From IMG/VR virus record IMGVR_UViG_3300033402_000312: DNA of 64,000 nt. The stretch is one strand, 5' to 3'. Below the pieces are notes generated by a model. It saw only the letters and a list, made by a program, of their open reading frames with translations, searched no databases and was not told the DNA's origin. Source of the DNA: a virus. The position numbers were made by a program, and so were the translations under genes. Of this stretch, positions 45,734 to 55,355 are shown one piece after another. Each line of letters begins with the position of its first letter. Position 1 is the stretch's first letter.

Positions 45734-46312
45734 ATGACCAAGGGAACAAGAAGAATCTATTACCAATTCTCGACGTCCAGAGGGGTAGGCTCTTGGTTCA
45801 TCCGCTGGTTCACTTGGTCAGAGTTCAGCCACGTGGACTTGGTGGAGCCGGACGGCTGGCTTCTGGGTGCCCGCCTCTTCGCTAACCATGCGCCAAGCGG
45901 GAAAGGCGGTGTGCAACGGAGACCGCCCGAGTACGTCAAGTTCACTAAGACCCTTCGTGTCTGCATCGAGGTGACGCAGACCCAATACGAAACATTCTGG
46001 GCGGAGGCGCACAGGCAGATAGGCAAGAAGTACGACTGGCTGGCTGTCTTTGGGTTTCTGTTCAAGAAGGACTGGCAGAACCAAGATCGGTGGTTTTGCT
46101 CAGAGTTTGGTCTTTGGGTGGCTGTGCAGGCTGGGGTGCGAATGCTGAACCTTAGCCGCATAGACAGGTGCTCCCCAGAGCTACTTCTCTGCTCGCCTGA
46201 GTTTCACAGAGAAGACGAAGACGAGTACTACAAATACTACTCTGAGTGGACGATTGGAAAACGAGATTGGCCACGAAGCCCGATGCCCGCTTCTCGAACC
46301 TTCGTTAAATGA
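45734..46312 (+). CDS. permuted papain-fold (NlpC/P60 superfamily, YiiX/YaeF-like) amidase/peptidase (192 aa)
   Basis: ATG preceded by GAGGAG. Has SHVDLV (His) ahead of DRWFCSEFGLWV (Cys in a CSEL/F-type context), the His-before-Cys order of permuted NlpC/P60 enzymes. Confidence 0.5.
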   Translation: MTKGTRRIYYQFSTSRGVGSWFIRWFTWSEFSHVDLVEPDGWLLGARLFANHAPSGKGGVQRRPPEYVKFTKTLRVCIEVTQTQYETFWAEAHRQIGKKYDWLAVFGFLFKKDWQNQDRWFCSEFGLWVAVQAGVRMLNLSRIDRCSPELLLCSPEFHREDEDEYYKYYSEWTIGKRDWPRSPMPASRTFVK

Positions 46313-46345
46313 AAAAAGGGCAGGAGCTATTTGCCCCTGCCCTTG
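46311..46345. terminator. bidirectional intrinsic terminator (approximate)
   Basis: AAAAAAGGGCAGG-agctatttgcc-CCTGCCCTT. On the minus strand the hairpin is followed by TTTTTTCATTT. On the plus strand it follows the stop of 45734..46312. Confidence 0.7.
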
Positions 46346-46367
46346 TCGTGCAGCCTTTCGGCTGGAG

Positions 46368-48593
46368 TTAAAATTCGTCGTCGCCAAGCAGTGCGCCAGC
46401 GATGTCGAATGGCTTCTGCTCCGAAGCGGTGATATTCTTGAGCTTCTTGATGACCGGGACCTTCTCGGCAACCTTCTCCTTGGCGGGAGCGGCTGCGTTG
46501 GCTGCCTTCGCGGACGATGACTTCGGCGCTTGCAGAACGTTGGTCTCGTCCTGCTTGACGCGCTTGAAGCCTCCGTCCTCGGGCTTCTGGTCTTCGATGG
46601 CTTCCGCGAACAGGTCGCCTTCGTGGTCGTTCTCGTTGTCGCGGCTCTCGCCGGTCGCGGAGTCAGACTCGAAATGCTTCGCGGCTTCGCCTGTGAACGA
46701 CGGGACGACTTCCATCCCGGCGACTTCGGCTGCGGTGCGAACCTCGCCTGCGATCAGTGCGCGGAGAGGGTCGGAGTCGGAGCCTTGCAGGGAGAAGAAG
46801 TCCTCCATCGATGCGATCTGCGTGTCGTCGAGGCTGGCTTCCATGCTCTCTGCGGCGGACGGAGCGAAGTACTCTTCGCCATTGCCCGCGACGTGCTCTT
46901 CGCCTTCGTTGGCAAGGGCGGAGACCTTTTCTTCTATCTCGTCCTCGTTGAAGACCTTCGCAAGGTCAAGCTCCTCTTCTCCCTCTTGCAGGATTTCCTG
47001 CTCAAGGGCTTTGATGGCTTCCTGCGCCTCCTCGATTTTCTCCTCAACGACCATCTTCTTCTCGTCGCTTAGAACTTCGCCAGCAGTGTCAGCTTCCGCG
47101 CCTTCGTCCACCGGCAAGTCTGCCGGGGCTTCCTCAATCGGGGCCTCTTCAACCGGGGCTTCTCCGAGAGCTTCCGGGGCTTCCTCAATCGGGGCCTCTT
47201 CAACTGGAGGTACATCCCCTGCGGGAGCGTCTATCGTCTCGTCAGCCTTCTTGGCTGCGGCTTCCTTCGCGCCGCACTTACACGGTCCCTCGCACTTGCA
47301 TTCTGCTTCAGCCTTCTTGGGCGCTGCGGCTGCCTTGGAAGCTGCCTTGCCGTCGCCTTCGGACTTGTTGACTGTGTTCTCGGGACGGTTGGCAGCCTCG
47401 GTCTGCGATGCAGACGTGCCTGCATCCATGGGCTTCGGCTCGGTATGCTTGCCGCCGCCTGCGCCGCGCCCATCGTTGTAAGTCTCGGTCTGCGGTCCCG
47501 CGTCCTTGCGGTCGTCAGCCTTCTTCTCAACGGCGGCGTTCTTGGGATCGCCCTTGACTTCGGCTGCGACTTCTTTTTTGAGGGACGAGAGGACTGAGGG
47601 GTCTTCTAAGGCATCGTTAAGCTCGACCTTATGGACTTGCTTGAAGGTCTCGGCAAGCTTGGAATAGTGCGCGTTTTTTGCCGTCTGACGAAGCATCGCG
47701 TTCAGGACTTTCGTGCTGTTTGAGAGCAAGCTGGATGCGGCGTCCTTCTGCGCCTCTGCCGGAGCGGTCGGGAGCATCGTCTTAGCGATAGTCCACGCGG
47801 CCGCGACGCGCTGCTGCGCCTCGCGCCTGATAGCCTCGCGCTTGGTCTTCACTTCTGCCAGCTTCTCTTGCACCGAAGCTTTGGCTGGGGTCGAATTTGC
47901 CATGTTGGAGCCTTCCTTTTTCGTGTCAGAACGGGCAGAAACGCCCTTCTTAACAGGGGATGCGTAGCTGTTTTTCTTGCCGATTGCGTCCTTGCTTTGT
48001 CTAACTCCGCAGTAAATGCACTGGTTGTTCGGGTCGTTGCCTGGGTTTTGCCCGCAAACCCAGCACTTCTTGGCAGCAGTCACCGAGGCTGTCGGAGGTT
48101 CCAGCGGGGCTGGTTCTGCTGCTGGTTCTGCGGCGGGGATTTCAGGTGCCGGAGCGGGTTCGGCAGGAAGTGCTTCAGGAGCGGGGGGTATTGCTGCCTC
48201 AGGAACAGGGGCTGCTTCCGGCAGAGGTGCCGGGGCTGCCAAGCCGGGGGCGGGTGCTATGCCGCCAAGCTCGTCTGCCGCTGCCACTTCCCCGCCAGCG
48301 ATGTCGCTGATCTCGATGTCGATCTCGCCGAGCAAGCCCTTTATCTGCTCAGACCACGGGCCGTCCTTGAACTTCTCCCACTGGGAGATAAGCTCGACCC
48401 CCTCGCGCATCTGCCGAATCTCTTCCTCAAGCTCCTCGCGCTTCTCGGACAAAAGGTCAAATTCAGGAGAGACTGCCATGTTGGCTGGAGCCTCGGGTGC
48501 CATCTCAGGCATGCCCATGATTTGGTCGTCCATTACGTCCAGATCAGCTTGCTTCTTCGCCAATGCAGCTTGCAATTTCTTTAAGTTTGCCAT
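46368..48593 (-). CDS. acidic low-complexity scaffolding-like protein (741 aa)
   Basis: ATG preceded by TAGGGAG. Coiled-coil N-terminus, APIEEAPEALGEAPVEEAPIEEAP repeats, CWVCG...CIYCG and CKCEGPCKCG cysteine clusters, pI strongly acidic. Sits in the slot upstream of the capsid gene. Confidence 0.55.
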   Translation of the reverse strand: MANLKKLQAALAKKQADLDVMDDQIMGMPEMAPEAPANMAVSPEFDLLSEKREELEEEIRQMREGVELISQWEKFKDGPWSEQIKGLLGEIDIEISDIAGGEVAAADELGGIAPAPGLAAPAPLPEAAPVPEAAIPPAPEALPAEPAPAPEIPAAEPAAEPAPLEPPTASVTAAKKCWVCGQNPGNDPNNQCIYCGVRQSKDAIGKKNSYASPVKKGVSARSDTKKEGSNMANSTPAKASVQEKLAEVKTKREAIRREAQQRVAAAWTIAKTMLPTAPAEAQKDAASSLLSNSTKVLNAMLRQTAKNAHYSKLAETFKQVHKVELNDALEDPSVLSSLKKEVAAEVKGDPKNAAVEKKADDRKDAGPQTETYNDGRGAGGGKHTEPKPMDAGTSASQTEAANRPENTVNKSEGDGKAASKAAAAPKKAEAECKCEGPCKCGAKEAAAKKADETIDAPAGDVPPVEEAPIEEAPEALGEAPVEEAPIEEAPADLPVDEGAEADTAGEVLSDEKKMVVEEKIEEAQEAIKALEQEILQEGEEELDLAKVFNEDEIEEKVSALANEGEEHVAGNGEEYFAPSAAESMEASLDDTQIASMEDFFSLQGSDSDPLRALIAGEVRTAAEVAGMEVVPSFTGEAAKHFESDSATGESRDNENDHEGDLFAEAIEDQKPEDGGFKRVKQDETNVLQAPKSSSAKAANAAAPAKEKVAEKVPVIKKLKNITASEQKPFDIAGALLGDDEF

Positions 48594-48672
48594 GAGACTC
48601 CCTATAAGTAGGCTGCTATAGTGGAAATTTTGTATTGATATTGGCCTATTTCCGACTTGGAAGCAGCCGCTT

Positions 48673-49596
48673 TCAACGCCTCAAGTCCCCGCGAAAATCC
48701 GACTCAAGCAAAAACTCCCCGGTATCTTGGGCAAGGGTTTTTGAAGCAATCATGGCAAATTTAGAAGCTGCCGACTGCTTCTTGGTGTACGGGGTCGAGG
48801 GGCCGACCCATTCCTCGGCGACGATGCTTCTTTTCGCGGCTCCGGGGAACGCCGGGGTTGCAACCCAGCTTGCCTCGACGAATTTCACGCCGCCGTTGAC
48901 CATGGTCTTGTGCCCGCAAAGCTCGGCGATGCGGCGCGGGATGCCGTCGTCGTCGGCCAAGAACGTGCCCTTCTGGAAAGAGAGGTGGTTGCAGTACGTG
49001 TTGGCGTCAGTGACGCGGGTCCCGCAGTAGGAGCAGATGACAAGGTCGGTCACGCACCCCATGGACAGGTAGCGGACGTTGCCCTCGCGGATGTCGTTTA
49101 CCAGCTTCTCATGGGTGATGTCGGTCGCCACCAGGATGTCGCAGTAGTAGACCCAGATTTCGGGGGTAATGTTGATCTTGCGCAGGACTTGATCCAAGAT
49201 ATGCCCTTTTGCGTATTTACTGTTCTGAAAATGCTCGACGAAGTTGAAGGCTCCGACAAACGAAGGCGCTGACAGCTTCAAGACTTCGTTAGTCCATGCG
49301 TCATCGTTGTTGTTGACCAGGTGGCTTGTCTCGGGCTTGATCAGGTAATCGAACGGCTCTTCCTCCGTCATCACGCTGCTCATGATCGTTACGTGCGACA
49401 GCAAGTACTTTGAAGAAGAACCAGCGGCCATTTTTCGGCGTGCTGCCGCTGCGCTTCTGCTTGCAACTTTGCAGAACGGATGATCGCTGTCGATGTCGCA
49501 GCCGCGAAACGCACGCTTCCCGAACATCTTTTCCCAGTCGCCGGGATTCAGGATGGGTTCGTTCAACTGCGCGTTTGCTATCTTGTTAAACGGCAT
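48673..49596 (-). CDS. head-module protein (307 aa); prohead protease candidate by position only
   Basis: Lies between the 1883-aa gene and the scaffold-like gene. Contains conserved-looking His/Cys/Ser residues but no motif I can assign. Confidence 0.4.
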   Translation of the reverse strand: MPFNKIANAQLNEPILNPGDWEKMFGKRAFRGCDIDSDHPFCKVASRSAAAARRKMAAGSSSKYLLSHVTIMSSVMTEEEPFDYLIKPETSHLVNNNDDAWTNEVLKLSAPSFVGAFNFVEHFQNSKYAKGHILDQVLRKINITPEIWVYYCDILVATDITHEKLVNDIREGNVRYLSMGCVTDLVICSYCGTRVTDANTYCNHLSFQKGTFLADDDGIPRRIAELCGHKTMVNGGVKFVEASWVATPAFPGAAKRSIVAEEWVGPSTPYTKKQSAASKFAMIASKTLAQDTGEFLLESDFRGDLRR

Positions 49597-49608
49597 AAGC
49601 TTCCCTAC

Positions 49609-52600
49609 TTAATGGCTTGGTAAGTTCGTCTTTCCCGCGACAGTCCCGATGCGCTGAACCACCTCGTCGTCCGGGCGCTCGCTCTTGCCCCATGCCGCGT
49701 CAATCTCGCCGAAAAGCGGGTTTTCCGCAGCGCTGCTCTTGTGCCTTTCCTCGCTGGGAACTTCCTCGTCGGGAACTTCTTCATCAGTGAAGTCGTGGAC
49801 GCGCTTGTACGGGTAGCCGTAGAACTCGGCGGTGTACTCCTCACCCGCCATGTCCCACATCTCGTCCATGGTCTTCGAGTTCTCCTCGGCGAGTTGCTTG
49901 ATGTAGCCCTCCTGCATGAAGTGGCGCTTCACCTCGTCCTCAGCGTCCTGCTCCTGTTCGAGAAAGTACTGCGCCTCCTCGCCGCGCTCCGTGTCCTGTT
50001 GCGCGTACTCGGCGGTTTTTGATGCCATGCGCTCCTCTTGTTCTTCCATTGAAGGACGTCGATGTGACGGATTAAGGTTTATACTGTACGGAGTTAAGCT
50101 CATTGGAACCTCACGTTCATCAACCTTCGGCGTTATCCTTACCTCCGCTGCGGGTAACTTATTGACGTGGTCGCGTAAAGCAGTACGAGCTTTCAAAAAA
50201 CTTTGCCATTCTGGTGTGCGCCTTCGCTCAAACTTGTTCTCCTGATAGCCTTTCGCCCAACTCCATGGCGTCTCTTTTTCTTTGGCTTTATACAGCTTGT
50301 AGGCTGTCACGACCTGCTTGCACAACTCAAGAAGTCTCGGTGCATTCCTGCCCGTGGCTTTTTCGACTAATGTCATGAAGCGCTTTGACGGATTATCCGG
50401 GGTAACAAACAGAAACTCCTTTGCCTCCCCAAGGAGAGAGGCGATCTTGCCTTTGCCCTCAAGCATCCTGCGGATGTCTGCGGGGCGCGACCATTCGGGA
50501 AGCTCCTTGGCGTCCAAGTCTGGCGGAAAATAGAAAATCCATTTATCCGTGACGGACGGCTCCCAGTTAGCGGCGAACGCCGTTGCCTGCGCGATTTGCT
50601 GCGGCGTCAGCCCTTTCGGCGGAAGGTGATAGAACAGCACGCCATCGTGCAAACCGACGCGCAGCGCCCCGGTGTCCTTAAGGAACGCGACAATCGCTTC
50701 CTCGTCCTCGTACTCTTCGTCGGTATAAAAGTTCTCAACCGTGAAATGGTCCATGTCGTCGCAATTCAAGATGGTGCCGTTCCGAAGGACGTAGATACGC
50801 TCATTGTCCACGGAGCCGATGCCGAACTGGTCGAGAGCAAGCTTTTCAAGTTCCTGCTTGCTGCGAGCGGCCGTCTTCGGGCGGGTTCCTTTGCTAGCGC
50901 ACTCCTTCGAGCAGAACGGGCGGCAACCCTCTGATTTCTTGTAATAGTTCGGTCCGCCGCAAACCGGGCAGTGGTGGCTCGGCTGCTTGACTTCGATTGC
51001 CGCGACCACGCCGTCAGGATTGATGCGCGGGTCGATCATCGGAATGCGCTTCTTTTTCGGGTTCAGCGGCTCATGCACGCCCTGCATCACGCCCTTGGTG
51101 AGCAAGTCCTGCTCCTGCTGGTCGAGGTGCTCCTTCATGTCGTCGCGGGGCGGGAGCTTGTCCGATGTCTCGTGCATCTCGATCAGCGCTTTCTTCTTGA
51201 GCAGAAAGGACTGGAACTGAAATCGCATCTGGTTCTTGTCTGTCTTCTGCTGCGGCGAACCGCCCTCGGTGTACCACTTCTCCATAAGCTCTGGCGCTTC
51301 GTACTCCTCATCACGGTCGCTGTAGTCCGGGTTCGGGTCAACCCAAAGCTCAAGCTGTCCATCACTGATGTCCTTCGGACCGTCGCTCAGCATTCTCGAC
51401 GCGCCCCAGCGGTCGAGAACTTCGTAGACCGGGGCGATCCTCCATTCGTAGCCGAAGCTCTCGTCGAACTTTGGGCCGTAGCGAAGCTCGGTGTAGACGT
51501 TGTCGTTGCGCTCGCGCATGCCGTCAGTGAGTTCGTAGTGAAGGTCGCTCGTGCGGTCATCCGCGTATCGCGCCTCGCCGCTGAGGCGGTAAGCCTCATG
51601 GATGTTTTTCCAAACCGAGCAGTCCGGTGCATAGCGTGCCATCGTCAGAAGAATTGACCGCATTTGGTTCTCATCTGTAAAGTCAATCTGCTGAACTTCA
51701 CGAGAAGAAGTGACTCGGCCTGCTTTTTGCTCCTGCGCCCACCATTGGAGCACCCCCTCTTCTTCCTGCTGGAGAGACTGACCGATCCGGCGCATCGCAT
51801 CGTAGCTGAGCGCTTTCACAAGCTCGTCCGCCATCTCCCTGTCATCAGGCATTTCCGGCGTGGGTCTGGTGCCCTCCGACCTCAGCGCGTAATACAGCGC
51901 GTCGTTTGCGCCCTCATTGCCGATCTGGGAGACACACTCCTCTAGGTCGTCCCACTCGCGCACGATCCACAGGTCTTGCTCGGGGCGGAAGTTGCGCTTG
52001 TCCAGCCCGGATTCAGGGGCGATACGCTCCATGAACTGCTCCCACATCTCGCTAGGGAAGAAAGTCTTCGCGTAAAAGTGCTCGTTTTTAGCGTCAGACG
52101 CAATAAGCGCTTCCTCGTGGAATGTGCCGTCTGGCATTGGTTCGATCCCCGGCGTGTCGCGCCATGCCCGCTTCAGTACTTCGACTGCGTATTTCGCTGA
52201 GCCAAACGCAGTCTCAAAGTTTGGCTGCGCTTTGTGTAATTTTGCTTCAAACTCCGGCCAGCGTCCTTTGATGACTCGAAGGGCATAGTCTACTGCCTGT
52301 GACATCATTGACCTGACTCCATATTTTTCGCTGCTCTTGGTGGGGAATGCTTTTTGTAGAATCTTCTTTTCGCCCGCTGCCCAACGCCCCCTGACAAATT
52401 CAAGCGCGTAATCCGTTATCTCTTGCTCCCTATCTTTGGCGCTGAGAACGGCTTTCTCCAACGGTGCCCATCGTTGCCCGGCGTGGAATTTTGCCCCGTA
52501 CCTCATAAGGAGAGGCAACTCGACCTGTTTCCCGAGGTGCTGCTCTTCCTCGGGGCTGAGAGGCTCGCCCTTCGCCAACGCGTACTGTACTGCCATGGTG

Positions 52601-55212
52601 CGGGTCTTCGTGCCTTTTGCCGATTCCTCCTCCTTTTTCTTGCCGAGGATTTCCACCAACGTTGCGGGGTCGGTGGCATTCTCCTTTACCCAAGCCGCGA
52701 CGTCCGGCGCTTTCGCGGATAGAAGCTGAAGCCCGCGCAAGGCGGTCGGGTCGTCAACGAATTTGGCGATGGTCTGCCCCTCGTCCTCGATCTCCTGAAC
52801 CATGCACACGTCGGTGCGATTCATAAGCTGATCGGAGGCGGGATGAAGCTGTGCGAAGGCGCTGCCGCCCTTGAAGAAGACGTAGCTGGGACCCTCGCTG
52901 AGATACTGCTTGCTCCACTTATTGTGCGCCGTGCACCAGTTCGTGCCGCCCGAAAGCTCCATGAGCGCGGCAGCGTCTATGACCTTATAGATCGTGAGGT
53001 CGCCGTCTTTCACGATGATCTCCGATCCTTTGGCGACGTCTTGGCGCACTTTCTCCTTTTTGCTGACCGCCTCTTGGTTCTGTTTAACGGTCTCGTACAG
53101 GGATTCCGGCATGTACGACTGAATGTCTTTGTTGCCTTGGAATTTCGGCGACTTCTTCAGCTTGTTGAACAGGTCAAGCTGCTGCTTGAGCTTCGGGGCA
53201 TCCTCGGGGAGCTTGATCAGATTCCTGCCGAGCCACTTCGCGATTGTTGCGACGAAGTCCGTCTGATTCGGGCTGGGGTCGGCTTGGATGCAAAATTCAA
53301 TCTGTTCGGGTGTGAGCCTGAACTGTTTCTGCAAAAGCTCGATCTTCTGCTCGGTAGGGCGTGCAGACTTGGCGAACCATCCGCAGTTGTCGGTGCTGCC
53401 GATTTTCCCCATCGCGACAGCTAGGTCGTTGCCATCCACCTCGGAGGCCCACAGGCGAGCTTGGCTGTCATATTCGTTTTCTTCAGACGAAGTCATGTTC
53501 AGCATCGCCTCGCCCTCGTCGAGTTCCTCTTCGTCGGAAGCCCCCGCGTCGGGGTTGTCGGTGCCGCCTATCGGCGTGCCCATGCCGTAGCTCTTGGTCG
53601 GGACGTCAGCGGTTTTTTTGCACGGGTCATTGATGCCCGGAACGATGCCGTGACCCCAATTTTTCCCGCAGGAGTTGCATTTCGCCGTTTCGAAGTCGGC
53701 AGGCATCAGACCGTAGTCGTCCGAGCCGCAGTGCGGGCACTTTGGCTTGCCGCCCAGCTTGACTTCCCTGTTCTGGATCACCGCCTTGACCATCTCTGGC
53801 TCAAGCGCATGCACGGAGACGATCTGCTCCGGCTTGACGGAGCCAACGGCTTTCAGCCAGCGCCCGGCGTTCGCCGCCTGCGAGATCGGGTCGGAGGTGT
53901 CAACCTTCCACTGCTCCGTGCCGAACTTGAAGGCAATGATGGAAATCTTGCCCGTGCCCATGCCCTTGTTAAACTCCCAGTCCATCTTGGATGCCCAGCG
54001 CACCGCATCGGCAGGGTTGTCGATTGCATAAATCTCGCCCTCGCCGTAGCGCTCGCCTTCCGGGCTGCCCTTGATCCAGTTGGAGGCCTGAAGCGGGAGG
54101 ATTCCCTTCTGCCTGATGCTTGGGACTTTGTCCGTGAACGTGACGTGGTACAGCGTTCTGCCTGCGCCTGCTGCCGTCCTTGCAAGCTCGGCGATGGTGA
54201 CGAGGCTGGCATCCTTGTGCGGCTTGTCGCCCTCGTCCCATTCCGCGCAGCAGGCAAGGGGAACAATGTGCATCCCCCAGAAAGCACACCATGACTTGCG
54301 ACCGTGCTGGTCTGGGGCTTCCGCCTCGGTGCCGTACTCGCAGCGGTGGCACCCGAAGCCGCCCTCGTGCTCGGCGTACTTGGCTTCCGCCCTGGAGAAC
54401 TTCTTCTCCATCGGCATCTGGTTTTCCGGGCTGCCTCTGTGGTACAGTCGGCACGACCCCTTCTCGAAGCTGATGGGTCCGTTGACGCGCATGCACTCGT
54501 CTGTACCTTGCCGCATGTCGCACGTCCCGCACAGGTAGTTGCCCTCCGGGTCGAATGACTTGATGTTGTCGGTGTTGACGTTGTCGGCAGGCTCGGCATA
54601 TTGCGACCACTGCTTAGCTTCCCTGCGCACGTGGTCTTCGTGCTCAAAATCGTACTGGCCTGAATCAGGGAACTGCCCGTGCGCTTTTTTGACGACTGGC
54701 GCGTGCTTGTAAAACTCGTGCTCCGCCTTGTCTTCTTCGACAGGGACAATCTCGCGAGCTTCCTTCTCTTCGCCTTGCACTTCCCTTAGCACGTTCTCAA
54801 TTGGCTTCACGCCGAGGCTGACGAGCGTAGCCTGCGCCTCGACCTGCGCCTCGCTCCAGTCCGGGTGCGCCTCGGCGATCTGGATATAGGTGTTGAGGTG
54901 GCGGCGATTCGCCGGGCGGCGGTGGTAGCGGGTCCCGACCTTCGGCTCGGACTCCTTGAAGAACTCCGCGTCCTCCGGGCCGGACGGGGGCGCAAGGTCT
55001 TTCGGCGGGATGACCACATTGATCTCGCCCGAGTTCCTGTCGCCCTTGTTCTCGAACTCGGTGCCCTTGCTCCCCCCGGTGCCGCCGATGGGGCTGGCGT
55101 AAGGCTTGTTGCCCTTGTCCACGCCGTGACCGCCGAGCGACTGGTAGTCGTCGGTCATCATCGAATCCAGAAGGGCGTCAAGGGCGCGTTTCTTCAGCAG
55201 TGGGGATTTCAT
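49609..55212 (-). CDS. giant protein (1867 aa from the ATG at 55212; 1883 aa from the GTG at 55260) with zinc ribbons and a possible ART-fold segment
   Basis: CGTCDM...C, CHRCEYG, KCPHCGSDDYGLMPADFETAKCNSCG, and CPVCGGPNYYKKSEGCRPFCSKEC ribbons. The segment LYHVTFTDKVPSIRQKGILP resembles the LYHGT...I...GL-P start of Tpt1/DarT-type ADP-ribosyltransferase folds. Confidence 0.7.
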   Translation of the reverse strand: MKSPLLKKRALDALLDSMMTDDYQSLGGHGVDKGNKPYASPIGGTGGSKGTEFENKGDRNSGEINVVIPPKDLAPPSGPEDAEFFKESEPKVGTRYHRRPANRRHLNTYIQIAEAHPDWSEAQVEAQATLVSLGVKPIENVLREVQGEEKEAREIVPVEEDKAEHEFYKHAPVVKKAHGQFPDSGQYDFEHEDHVRREAKQWSQYAEPADNVNTDNIKSFDPEGNYLCGTCDMRQGTDECMRVNGPISFEKGSCRLYHRGSPENQMPMEKKFSRAEAKYAEHEGGFGCHRCEYGTEAEAPDQHGRKSWCAFWGMHIVPLACCAEWDEGDKPHKDASLVTIAELARTAAGAGRTLYHVTFTDKVPSIRQKGILPLQASNWIKGSPEGERYGEGEIYAIDNPADAVRWASKMDWEFNKGMGTGKISIIAFKFGTEQWKVDTSDPISQAANAGRWLKAVGSVKPEQIVSVHALEPEMVKAVIQNREVKLGGKPKCPHCGSDDYGLMPADFETAKCNSCGKNWGHGIVPGINDPCKKTADVPTKSYGMGTPIGGTDNPDAGASDEEELDEGEAMLNMTSSEENEYDSQARLWASEVDGNDLAVAMGKIGSTDNCGWFAKSARPTEQKIELLQKQFRLTPEQIEFCIQADPSPNQTDFVATIAKWLGRNLIKLPEDAPKLKQQLDLFNKLKKSPKFQGNKDIQSYMPESLYETVKQNQEAVSKKEKVRQDVAKGSEIIVKDGDLTIYKVIDAAALMELSGGTNWCTAHNKWSKQYLSEGPSYVFFKGGSAFAQLHPASDQLMNRTDVCMVQEIEDEGQTIAKFVDDPTALRGLQLLSAKAPDVAAWVKENATDPATLVEILGKKKEEESAKGTKTRTMAVQYALAKGEPLSPEEEQHLGKQVELPLLMRYGAKFHAGQRWAPLEKAVLSAKDREQEITDYALEFVRGRWAAGEKKILQKAFPTKSSEKYGVRSMMSQAVDYALRVIKGRWPEFEAKLHKAQPNFETAFGSAKYAVEVLKRAWRDTPGIEPMPDGTFHEEALIASDAKNEHFYAKTFFPSEMWEQFMERIAPESGLDKRNFRPEQDLWIVREWDDLEECVSQIGNEGANDALYYALRSEGTRPTPEMPDDREMADELVKALSYDAMRRIGQSLQQEEEGVLQWWAQEQKAGRVTSSREVQQIDFTDENQMRSILLTMARYAPDCSVWKNIHEAYRLSGEARYADDRTSDLHYELTDGMRERNDNVYTELRYGPKFDESFGYEWRIAPVYEVLDRWGASRMLSDGPKDISDGQLELWVDPNPDYSDRDEEYEAPELMEKWYTEGGSPQQKTDKNQMRFQFQSFLLKKKALIEMHETSDKLPPRDDMKEHLDQQEQDLLTKGVMQGVHEPLNPKKKRIPMIDPRINPDGVVAAIEVKQPSHHCPVCGGPNYYKKSEGCRPFCSKECASKGTRPKTAARSKQELEKLALDQFGIGSVDNERIYVLRNGTILNCDDMDHFTVENFYTDEEYEDEEAIVAFLKDTGALRVGLHDGVLFYHLPPKGLTPQQIAQATAFAANWEPSVTDKWIFYFPPDLDAKELPEWSRPADIRRMLEGKGKIASLLGEAKEFLFVTPDNPSKRFMTLVEKATGRNAPRLLELCKQVVTAYKLYKAKEKETPWSWAKGYQENKFERRRTPEWQSFLKARTALRDHVNKLPAAEVRITPKVDEREVPMSLTPYSINLNPSHRRPSMEEQEERMASKTAEYAQQDTERGEEAQYFLEQEQDAEDEVKRHFMQEGYIKQLAEENSKTMDEMWDMAGEEYTAEFYGYPYKRVHDFTDEEVPDEEVPSEERHKSSAAENPLFGEIDAAWGKSERPDDEVVQRIGTVAGKTNLPSH

Positions 55213-55355
55213 CCTAATAGAAGAACGGGAAAGTCCGAGAAAACAGAGAATATAAAGCACTGAAAACGCAGGAGATCGCTACTGGACATTTTTTGATGCC
55301 CGGCTGTATACTATTGGCGTACGAACGGCATCAAATAAGAAGGAGGAAGGAACCC

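Noticed and set aside
48594-48672. T7-class promoter (TATAGGGAG) upstream of the scaffold-like gene
   Set aside because: Only partial matches (CCACTATAG, TTATAGGGAGT). The purine run doubles as the SD. No single-subunit RNAP gene is seen. Kept only as a low-interest motif observation.
12839-55260. Virion RNA polymerase (crAss/N4-like) hidden in the giant ORFs
   Set aside because: Scanned for DxDGD / NADFDGD-type double-psi-barrel motifs and found none. This is not proof of absence, so it is left as an open possibility in the findings.
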